From: Narcine bancroftii
Taxonomy: Eukaryota
DNA length: 64,000 nt
Direction: 5' to 3'
Assembly: GCF_036971445.1 (NCBI RefSeq)
Contig: NC_091482.1
Location: 10,230,001 to 10,294,000 of the forward strand
A program made the translations under genes and the position numbers. Below the pieces are notes generated by a model that worked only from the letters and a program-made list of their open reading frames with translations, was not told the DNA's origin and did no database searches. Below are positions 51,974-62,700 of the stretch, one piece after another; positions within the stretch are counted from its first letter, which is position 1, and each line of letters starts with the position of its first letter.

Positions 51974-52066
51974 CTTTATTCAAGTGAATGAGCAGGATGA
52001 TCAGAATGACACAGGAGAACAGGAACAATGTTGAAATTAAGATGTACAATAGTATCTGAGATTGTG
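51974..52066 (-). CDS. TAPBPL: Tapasin-family transmembrane exon (AQSQILLYILISTLFLFSCVILIILLIHLNK)
   Basis: tttccacag / gtgagt, 93 nt, phase 1 to 1; about 25 hydrophobic residues in frame with the IgC1 exon. Confidence 0.85.
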
Positions 52067-52735
52067 CTGTGGAAATAAAAGAAAACATTGAAAATATGGA
52101 GCATGACTGCTTTGAGACGTTGAACACGCATCATGGCATCGACTGGAAACCAACTCCAAACCAACACCTCTATCCTTCACATTCACATCATTAGAAACAA
52201 GTCATTTATTGATCACTCTCAACGTCTTGTTGTTAAACAGGTTTTGATTAAACAGGTGTGTTGTCACTTCCTGACTGCCTCATTGAAGCATACATTGTTT
52301 CTGCTTCTAAGGTCGATGAAGACGAACCATTAACCACTGGACAGGGTGAAAGGAACAAAAGTTTTCGCTGTACTCAGTACCATTGATTGAACCCTTTAGT
52401 ACTGATTGCATTGGCTACTCTCTTTCTTGTATGCTGCTCTGGCTTATTCTTACCTCCACCTATCAGGACTCGAACACTGTTGGCAGACCTTGGATTACCT
52501 CTGCTTACGTAGGCAGGAAAACTGGGATTCTCCAGTGTACATTGGGTCCCAATTAAAGATGTTGTTTAATCAGATTCTAATGTAGGTCAGCAAACCAAGA
52601 GGTGAATGGGAATTATTGCTGATTCGGATGCAAGCAAGAGGGTTTAATGACAAGGGAGGATACAGAGTTCGTCAAGCCTAATGAGATGAGAATCTTGGTT
52701 GAGGATAGAATTGAGAAAAGGACCGTGCAATAGAG

Positions 52736-53380
52736 CAGGGGTGGCCAAATTGTGGCTCGCGAGCCACATAGAATGTGTGGCTCATGGATATATGTTGGCA
52801 AAGATGAAGACTCCCAATAATCAGTCAGGATTTTGAAAATACAGTAGAATACAGTAGTCCCCCCTAATCCAAGCCCCCCCCCTGCGATGCCTGAAACGCG
52901 GATAATTCCGAACCCTATATATACTATGTTTTTTTTCCTGTACATACATATCTATGATAAAGTTTAATTTACAAATTAGGCAAGAGATTTAAAACAGCAA
53001 TATTTTTAAAAAAGGGTTACTTGAACACAAGCACTGCAATACCAAGACAGTCGATCTGAACACTATCTCTACTGTAATTTTGGACCGCAGATAACTGAAA
53101 CAGCAGATTGGGGGGGGGGGGGGGGGGGAGAGCCACTGCATTTGGTATGTATCCTATCAACTTTTTTGATTTTTTAAACTAAGACCAATTAGCAGTTTAA
53201 AAACTACATACATGAATAATTAGTATGATGTACATGTATTTAATATTTAAGTAAAGTTTTGTGACAAAAATACATGTAAGAGTAAAAATGAGTACATGAT
53301 ATTTTTCATGCCTTGCAGCCCTCAAGCATCTCAAGTTTTCGTACAGTATGTGGTTCTTTAAGCCGGTTTGGCCACCCCTG
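52736..53380. mobile_element. hAT-like MITE with nested Tigger-like MITE (52852-53138)
   Basis: Perfect 14-bp TIR caggggtggccaaa / tttggccacccctg. Inner element ta|cagtagtcccccc...ccactg. Confidence 0.75.
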
Positions 53381-53657
53381 AAAATTAAGGGGACATGAGC
53401 ACTCTGACTGAGAGATGTGCATCAATTTTGCACCAGAATTTGTTTTTTTTCCCCATTCTTTTCTCCTGACTGAAGGAGCTCCTACATGCAACTGCAGAAA
53501 TTGGTTTGATGCAGAACTGTTCCAACATCCCTTGCACTGCTATTGCTTCAATGCCACTTCGACACATGCACACTCCCATTGCAATCCATTTTGAACTCTG
53601 CTGTGCCTTGGAACAACACTAAGAGAACAGTGTCAGCGAAGTCCACTCATTACTTAC

Positions 53658-53984
53658 CCTTCACATTTATGTGGACATAACGTTTAATTGTCTTCTCCAG
53701 GCTGACGTGGTCAACTTGGCAAACGAACGTGGCCCCATTGTCCTCCAACGAGGCTGAGAACCTGAAGTAACTCGTCAGATTGAAAGTGCCATCACGGTTG
53801 GGCTTGTGGGAGGAAAGGATAGTGTTGGTCATGTAGACAGGGAGTAGGTGTTCCCCATCCTTCTGACGCTGCCACTTCACTGTCACATCAAGTGGGTAGA
53901 ACATCTCCATGTCACATGCCAGTTTCTGCTCATCCCCTTCCGTCAGGGAGAGAGAATTATGGCTCAAATAAACCCTGGGAGGCT
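53658..53984 (-). CDS. TAPBPL: Tapasin-family (tapasin-related/TAPBPL-like) IgC1 domain exon
   Basis: ccccttgcag / gtaagt, 327 nt, phase 1 to 1. EPPRV...LACDMEMFYPLDVTVKWQR...SSHKPNRDGTFNLTSY...FVCQVDHVSL is a C1-set domain with tapasin-family FYPLDVxVxW and SSH..N.DGT motifs. Exact paralog not established. Confidence 0.85.
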
Positions 53985-54141
53985 CTGCAAGGGGAAGAGG
54001 AAAATATTCCATCACAACACTGGGAGGGGTGGGGGGAGGGGGGAGATGCTCACAAATAAAAATGGTGGAAATACTTAGTGAGTCACCCAGAGAGTCTGTG
54101 AAGAGAATCAAAATGAACCTTTCGGGTTGATAATCTAGGAA

Positions 54142-54601
54142 TACAGTAAAAATCCAAAAATATGGATACTAAAACCCAGACCACCTGAGAATCCAGACTC
54201 TCAAACTTTTTAAGTTTAGCGGGCTTTTGAGTGCATGTGCAAGCGCCACATATGCAAAGCGACCAAGCTTAATACAGGTAATCTTATCACAAAGAAATTC
54301 ACATAATTTTCTTTTAGTGTTCATTTATTTTTAAAAACATAATTTCAAACATTACACTTTTTTATAGTGAAAGAATTGTTTACATTTTTGTCAAGTGTTG
54401 ACTATATTTTTCTTTAAAACTGCTCATTTTTAAAAATGAACCATGCTGTATTTACTAATGAATGAATTATCAAATTTTACCTATTCTTCTTTATTCCTCC
54501 TTAAATATGATTTTTTAAAGTACTGCCTAAGGATCCGTAAAATCCATAAATCCGGACTGACCCAGTCCCCGAGCAGTCCAGATTTTAGGACTTTTAATGT
54601 A
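54142..54601. mobile_element. Tigger-like MITE
   Basis: tacagtaaaaatccaaaaa ... ttttaggacttttaatgta termini. Confidence 0.6.
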
Positions 54602-54882
54602 GTTAGAGATAAGCAGGTTCTACGCTGCAGAGGATGGAAGGGGGCAGTGGGGAAAGGCTGTGACAGGATGCAGACGGAGGTGATTTACAAACAAAAAGCT
54701 GATTATTGGATACGTATGGAAACAAAGGACCCTTCTCATGAAGGTTGTTCCACCTACAACGTTCATTCTGTTTCTCTTTCCACAGATGCTACCTGACCAG
54801 CTGAGTTTTTTTTATTTTCATTTTTTAAAATTTAACTTGCATGCCATCTATGTTGGCAATTCTCTTCGTTATTTAAACTGAT

Positions 54883-57351
54883 GGGGGTGTGGCAAGATGG
54901 CGTAGAGTCTAGACGTGTAATCTCGACCTCTCTGGCCAGACTTTTAAGTACCTGTTTTTTAACTCTTTGTTTTTTTTGTTATTATGATATTTTGATGTTA
55001 TTGATTGTTTGGCTGGGGAGGGAGAGATTTGCACTAAGTTCTTTACTCGTCATCAGCCACTGGTGGGTGACCCACACCCAATTTTTGTTTAGGGGATTAC
55101 TACCTTTTGGTAGTTCTTTTGTGGGGGGGGGGGGGGGGGATTTTCTTTTTTTTTTCTTTATTTTTTTATTTTTATTTTAGTTAATTTTTAATTTGTGATT
55201 TTTTTTCTATTGGAGGGCCTATATACGTTGATTTGAGTTTTTATATAAAGATATTATTGGTATTTAGTAATAATAGCAGGTATGTCAAAGTTGAGGTTTG
55301 CTACTTTTAATGTTCGAGGATTAAACAGTCAAATTAAATGTAAGCGAGTCTTGGCTTATATTAAGAAAATGAAAATTGATATTGCTTTTTTACAAGAAAC
55401 ACATTTGAATGTGAAGGAAAGCATGAAATTAAAGAGGGACTGGGTTGGGCATGTATATTCTTCTTCATTTAATTCTAAAGCTAAAGGTGTAGCAATTTTG
55501 ATACATAAAAATTTATCTTTTGAATTACAATCAATGGAAGAAAAGGCAGGATGTGTTCTTAAATTGAATTGTAAGATTTTTAGTGAATTTTGGACTTTAC
55601 TTAATATTTATGCTCCAAATGTAGATGATGAAATATTTATTTCAGATGCATTTTTATGTTTGGGTCAGGCTAATGATAATATTTTAGTTGGTGGTGATTT
55701 TAATTGTGTTTTGGAACCTTTATTAGATAAATCTCCGAAGAAAGTTTAAAAAATCTAAGACGGCAATCCAGGTCCAAGCGTTGATGAAAGATCTTAATTT
55801 AGTAGATATTTGGAGGCGTCTTAATCCAACAGAGAAAGATTTTTCCTTTTATTCATCTAGACATGAATTGTTTTCAAGGATTGACTTCTTTTTAGTATCA
55901 GCACATTTACAAGGGAAAATACAACAAGCGGAATATAAAAGTAGGGTGATTTCAGATCATATTTTACATATGCAACTTCTGAGAAAATTCAAATGGCTTA
56001 TCGTTGGAGATTTAATACAATGTTGTTAAAAAATAGGGAATTTATTGATTTTTTGAAAAAACAAAATTTTTTGAAAGAAAATTCTAATTCTGTTCAAAGT
56101 AAGTTTGTATTATGGGATGCTATGAAAGCCTATTTGAGAGGACAAATAATTAGTTATACTTCTAAAATAAAAAAGAATCGATTAAATCAGAGTCTTGAAT
56201 TAGAGAAACAGATTGATGAATTAGAAAAGGAATTTTAGAAAGATGCTACAGAAGATCAGAAAATAGAATTATCTAGGTTGAAATTGGAATAATACTTTGC
56301 AATCTTATCAGTTTGAATGTGTGATTAATAGGACTAAACAACAGTATTACAAATGGGGAGAGAAAGCACATAAGTTTTTGGCGTGGCAATTAAAGAAAGA
56401 ACAGATTTCGAGGACTATTAATGGAGACAGAATTCTCTTATTACTTATAAACCTCGTGAGATTAATGATGAATTTTATTCATTTTATAAAAAGTTATATA
56501 CATCTGAAGGAAAACAAGACACTGGATCAATTGATTTTTTTTTAAATCACAGTTGAATTTACCGATATTAGAGGATGGAGATATACAGGAGTTAGAAGAA
56601 CCATTTACTGATTCGGAAATTAAAATGGCTATGCTGGAAATGCTGAACGGTAAATCGCCTGGTGATGATGGATTTTCGGTTGAATTTTATAAAATTTGTT
56701 ATGATTTATCTACAGTGTTTGGGGATGTATTACGTCAAGTTGGAGAACATTATGAATTACCTGAGTCTTGCTCTAGTGCTTTAATTACAGTAATTCCTAA
56801 AAAAGATAGAGATCCTTTGAAAGTATCTTCATATAGGTCAATTTCGTTGTTAAATGTAGATTAAAAAATAATAGCTAAAATATTAGCGAATAGATTGGCT
56901 AAATTTTTACCCAAGTTGATTCGTATTGATCAAACAGGTTTTATAAAGAATAGATATGCTTCAGATAACATTTTGCATGTGATTAGTTTGATTAATAGAT
57001 TTCGACAATTCTTTGATCATCCGATGGTGATACCTTTAGATGCAGAAAAAGCATTTGATAGTTTTTAAAACTGATAATCTGATAATGAAACATCCTTTGC
57101 GAATATGGGCATAATTTAGAAAGTTTTGTGGATTTCAGTTTTTCTCTTGCCAGATCTATTAAATCTAAACATTCTTTTCAACCTTCTTTACTGATACTGA
57201 TTTTAAGGACTGGCATAAATTAGTTATTAAATGTTTTAAAGACCTTTCTATTTGAAACTATTTTGCTTCCTTTGAACAACTGGCAGTAAAATTTAACTTA
57301 CCAAATTTTTTTTTAAAGTAAATTACAAGTTAGACATTTTGTTCAATCAAA
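54883..57351 (+). mobile_element. L1 LINE (5' end, no ORF1, ORF2 endonuclease and partial RT), continuing after the nested CR1 at 59797-60186
   Basis: 5' gggggtgtggCAAGATGGCG; ORF2 TFNVRGL, FLQETH, NIYAPN, GGDFN, SRIDFF, SDH, KSPGDDG, YRSISLLN, DAEKAFD, then FASFEQL...QVRHFVQS. Confidence 0.9.
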
Positions 57352-59796
57352 TAGGAGGATGTAGAGGATGAATGCGTGGCTAAAGAGATGGTGCAGGGGC
57401 AAGGGATAAGGTTTCTGGATCATTGGGATCTCTTCTGGGGAAGGTCGGACCTGTACAAAAGGGACGGACTCCACTTGAAATGGAGGGGGACCAATGTGCT
57501 GACAAGCAGATTTGCTAGAGCTGTGAGGGAAGGTTTAAACTAGTTTGGCAGGGGGATGGGGAACAGAGTGTGAGAGCAGTGTCAAGGAAGCATGGCCACC
57601 TAGATAGGAATAATAACGATAACAAAGGTAGGATAGAGATTAGGGTAAAAGGTAGAAAAGAGAATATAGGTGAGGGTCATTCTCTGAAATGTATATATTT
57701 TAATGCAAGAAGCATAGTGAACAAGAAAGATGAGCTTAGAGCATGGACAGATACTTGGGGTCATGATATTGTGCCAATTAGTGAGACCTGGCTACAGGAG
57801 GGGCAGAACTGGCAACTTAATATTCCAGGATTCATTTGTTTTAGATGTGATAGATCAGGGGGTAAAAAAGGGGGAGGAGTTGCTCTGCTTGTTAAGGAGG
57901 ACATTACTGCTGTGAGGTGGCAGGATGGTCTGGAGGGATCGTCCAGTGAGGCTGTTTGGGTGGAATTGAGGGGTGCTAATAGGGGTGTATTACAGACCAC
58001 CAAATTGGCCAAGAAAATTAGAGGAACAAATTTGTAGGGAGATAACATATATGTGTGAGAATTATAAGGCAGTGATCATGGGAGATTTTAACTTCCCTCA
58101 CATTGATTGGGATACGCATACAGTTAGAGGGCTGGATGGGCTAGAGTTCGTTAAATGTGTTCAAGATTGTTTTCTAAATCAATTAGTAGAAGAACCGACT
58201 CGGGACGATGTAATACTAGATCTCCTGTTAGGGAACGAGCTAGGTCAGGTATTGGACATTAATGTTGGAGAACAAATTGGTTCTAGTGATCATAACTGTT
58301 AGTTTTAGGGTAGTTTTAGGGAAGAGCAAGGAGGGGCCTAAAGTTGAGGTTCTGGTTTGGAGAAGAGCAAATTTCGAAGGAATGAGAAGGGATTTGGGGA
58401 GTATTGAGTGGGACAAGATATTTTCAGGTAAGGATGTAAATGAAAAATGGAGGATATTCAAAAAAGAAATATTGAGGGTACAGAGTAGATATGTCCGAGT
58501 GAGGATCAAAGGAAAGGCTGGAAGTCATAGGGAGGCTTGGTTTTCAAGGAATATTGGAAATTTGGTTAGGAGAAAAAGGGGTATAAAGAGCAGGGAGCTG
58601 AGAATTTGAAGGAGGACTACAAGGAGTATAGAAGGAATCTTAAGAAAGAAATTAAAAAGGCCAAAAAAAGGCACAAAGAGGCTTTGGCAGACAGAGTAAA
58701 AATATATCCAAAGGGTTTCTATAGGTACATTAAAAGTAAAAGATTAGTGAGGGATAAAATTGGACCCCTTGTAGATAGCGAGGGTAGGCTGAGTGAGAAG
58801 TTGGAAGAAATGGGGGAAATTTTGAATGATTTCTTTGCCTCGGTATTCACTAGGGAAAAAAATATTGAACCAGTTGAAGTAAAGAAAAATAGTGGGGAGG
58901 TCATGAAGCATATAAGGATAACCGAGGAGGTAGTGATGGCTGTGTTGAAAAAGATAAAGGTGGATAAATCTCCTGGACCGGACAAAATATTCCCAAGGAC
59001 ACTCAGGGAGGCTTGTGGACAGATAGTGGGGCCATTAACAGAAATATTTAGGATGTCACTGGCCACGGGGGTAGTGCCAAAGGATTGGAAGGTGGCGCAT
59101 GTGGCTCCACTGTTAAGGAAAGGGTCCAAATGTAAACCTGGGAATTATAGGCCTGTGAGTCTGACGTCTGTGGTGGGCAAGTTGATAGAAAGTGTTCTGA
59201 GAGATGGTATTTACAAATATTTGGAGGTACAGGGATTGATAGGGAGTAATCAACATGGTTTTGTCAGGGGTAGATCATGCTTGACAAACCTGACTAAGTT
59301 TTTCGAGGGGGTTACAAAAAAGGTTGATGAATGGAAAGCTGTGGATGTTGTCTATTTAGACTTTAGTAAAGCTTTTGACAAAGTTCCCCACAGGAGGTTA
59401 GGAAAAAAGGTGGAGACATTAGGTTTAAATAAGGAGGTAGTGAAATGGATTCAGCAATGGTTGGATGGGAGGTGTCAGAGAGTAGTGGTAGAAAATTGTT
59501 TGTCCAATTGGAGGCCAGTGACCAGTGGAGTTCCTCAGGGATCGTTCCTGGGTCCACTATTGTTTGTTCTATATATTATCGATCTTGAAGTAGAGGTGGA
59601 GAATTGGATGAGCAAGTTTGCGGATGACACAAAGATCAGTGGTGTTGTGGACAGTGAGGAAGATTACCGTAGATTAAAAGGTGATTTAGGAAGGCTTGGA
59701 GGTATGGGCTGAGAAATGGCTGATGGAATCAGCCATTAAGGCATGGACTAGTAGGGCCAAACTGGCCTGTTCTGTGCTGTAAGTGGTTATATGGTT
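57352..59796 (+). mobile_element. 5'-truncated CR1 nested in L1 ORF2
   Basis: ORF1 esterase end (DHWDLFW..DGLHL), APE, and a 368-aa RT ORF (58606-59712, KFADD). aaa on both sides restores L1 GTT CAA TCA AAG ATC CCT. Confidence 0.93.
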
Positions 59797-62700
59797 AAAG
59801 ATCCCTGAATTCTCAAGAACTCCTGAGGCAAATATTCTTGATTTACTTTGATTTACAGTTTTGTCATAAAGGTTCAATATCAATTATTTATAACAATTTG
59901 CTTGATTTAAGGATAGCTTCAAAAGTTAAGATCAAGAACGATTGGGAACAGGATATGAATGCATAATTTTTGGATGAGGTTTGAGATTCGATTTGTAATC
60001 TGATTAATGCGACCTCCTTTTGCGCACGACCTTGTTTGTTGCAATTTAAAGTGGCCCATCGAGTTCACATGTGAAAAGTTAAATGATCTCATTTTTATTC
60101 AGATACAAATACTCTTTTATGTGATAAACGCAACAAAAAAAAAAATTGATGCTTCGTTGGACTTGCCCTAGTCTAGAAAAATTTTGATAATGTAATAGAT
60201 AATGTAATGTAATAGATAAGGTTTACATTATTTGCAGTTGAACAAAACAGTTAAGTGTGAGGTGTTACATTTTGGAAAGGCAAATCTAAATAGGTCATAT
60301 GCATTAAATGGTAGGCTATTGAGATTTGCAGAGCAACAAAGGGATTTTGGAGTGATGGTAAATAGTACCCTCAAGGTCGATACTCAGGTCGATGGTGTGG
60401 TGAAGAAGGCATTTGGAATGCTGGCCTTCATAAATCGCAGTATTGAATTCAAGAGTAGGGAGGTTATGATGAAATTGTACAAGGCATTGGTGAGGCCAAA
60501 TTTGGAGTACTGTGTACAGTTTTGGTCACCAAATTATAGGAAAGATATAAAAATAGAGAGAGTGCAGAGAAGGTTCACAAGAATGTTGACAGGATTTCAA
60601 GGTTTGAGTTACAGGGAAAGGTTGTGCAGACTAGGGCTTTTTTTCTCTGGAGCGTAGAAGATTGAGGGGGGACTTGATAGAGGTGTTAAAGATTTTAAAA
60701 GAGACAGACAGAGTAAATGTGGATAGACTTTTTCCATTAAGAGTGGGGAAATTCAAACGAGAGAGCATGGTTTAAGATTGAAGGGGGAAAATTATAAGGG
60801 GAACATGAGGGGAAATTTCTTTACGCAAAGGGTGGTAGAGATGTGGAATGAGCTTCTGGCAGACATAGTTGAGACGGGATCATTGGTTACATTTAAGGAT
60901 GGACTGGATAGTTACATGGAGAGGAGAGGACTAGAGGGGTATGGACAGTGCTGCTCAGTGGGACTAGGAGGGTGGGGATTTGTTTCAGCATGGACTAGTA
61001 GGGCCAAACTGGCCTGTTCTGTGCTCTAAGTGGTTATATGGTTAAAGATCCCCGACTTCTCAAGAACTCCTGAGGCAAATATTCTTGATTTACCTTGATT
61101 TACAGTTTTGTCATAAAGGTTCAATATCAATTATTTATAACAATTTGCTTGATTTAGGGATAACCTCATAAGTTAAGATCCAGAATGATTGGGAACAGGA
61201 TTTGAATGTATAATTTTTGGATGAGGTTTGAAATTCGATTTGTAATCTGATTAATGCGACCTCCTTTGCGCACGACCTTGTTTGTTGCAATTTAAAGTGG
61301 CCCATCGAGTGCACATGTGTAAAGTTATATGATCTCATTTTTATTCAAATACAAATACTCTTTTATGTGACAAACGCAACAAAAAAAAAAATTGAGGCTT
61401 CATTGGACTTGCCCTAGTCTAGAAAATTCTTGATAATGTAATAGATAATGTAATGTAATAGATAAGGTTTACATTATTTGCAGTTGAACAAAACAGTTAA
61501 GTGTGAGGTGTTACATTTTGGAAAGGCAAATCTAAATAGGTCATATGCATTAAATGGTAGGCTATTGAGATTTGCAGAGCAACAAAGGGATTTTGGAGTG
61601 ATGGTAAATAGTACCCTCAAGGTCGATACTCAGGTCGATGGTGTGGTGAAGAAGGCATTTGGAATGCTGGCCTTCATAAATCGGAGTATTGAATTCAAGA
61701 GTAGGGAGGTTATGATGAAATTGTACAAGGCATTGGTGAGGCCAAATTTGGAGTACTGTGTACAGTTTTGGTCACCAAATTATAGGAAAGATATTAAAAT
61801 AGAGAGAGTGCAGAGAAGGTTCACGAGAATGTTGACAGGATTTCAAGGTTTGAGTTACAGGGAAAGGTTGTGCAGACTAGGGCTTTTTTCTCTGGATCGT
61901 AGAAGATTGAGGGGGAACTTGATAGAGGTGTTTAAGATTTTAAAAGAGACACACAGGGTAAATGTGGATAGACTTTCTCAATTAAGAGTGGGGAGATTCA
62001 AACTAGAGGGCATGGTTTAAGATTGAAGGGGGAAAATTATAAGGGGAACATAAGGGGAAATTTCTTTACGCAAAGGGTGGTAGGGATGTGGAATGAGCTT
62101 TTGGCAGACATAGTTGACACGGGATCATTGGTTACATTTAAGGATGGACTGGATAGTTACATGGAGAGGAGAGGACTGGAGGGGTATGGACCGGGTGCTG
62201 GTCAGTGGGACGAGGTGGGTGTGGATTTGTTACAGCATGGACTAGTAGGGCCAAACTGGCCTGTTCTGTGCTCTAAGTGGTTATATGGTTAAAGGTCCCC
62301 AACTTCTCAAGAACTCCTGAGGCAAATATTCTTGATTTACCTTGATTTACGATTTTCTCATAAAGGTTCAATATCAATTATTTATAAAAATTTGCTTGAT
62401 TTAAGGATAACCTCATAAGTTAAGATCAAGAATGATTGGGAACAGGATTTGAATGTATAATTTTTGGATGAGGTTTCAGATTCGATTTGTAATCTGATTA
62501 ATGCGACCTCCTTTGCGCTCGACCTTGTTTGTTGCAATTTAAAGTGGCCCATCGAGTTCACATGTGTAAAGTTAAATGATCTCATTTTTATTCAGATACA
62601 AATACTCTTTTATGTGATAAACGCAACAAAAAAAAATTGATGCTTCATTGGACTTGCCCTAGTCTAGAAAAATTTTGATAATGTAATAGATAATGTAATG

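Noticed and set aside
53650-54111. MHC class I/II or immunoglobulin constant-region gene
   Set aside because: The FYPLDV and SSH..N.DGT motifs and the TM plus KKPY tail fit the tapasin family better; the first ~42 aa of this ORF are intronic.
57070-57090. ctgataatctgataatg as a repair filler at the L1 RT deletion
   Set aside because: It reads as plausible native L1 coding sequence (TDNLIMKH), so it is not evidence of templated insertion.
58606-59712. 368-aa RT ORF as a functional or domesticated gene
   Set aside because: It is part of a 5'-truncated, frameshifted CR1 whose C-terminus is displaced by the rearrangement.
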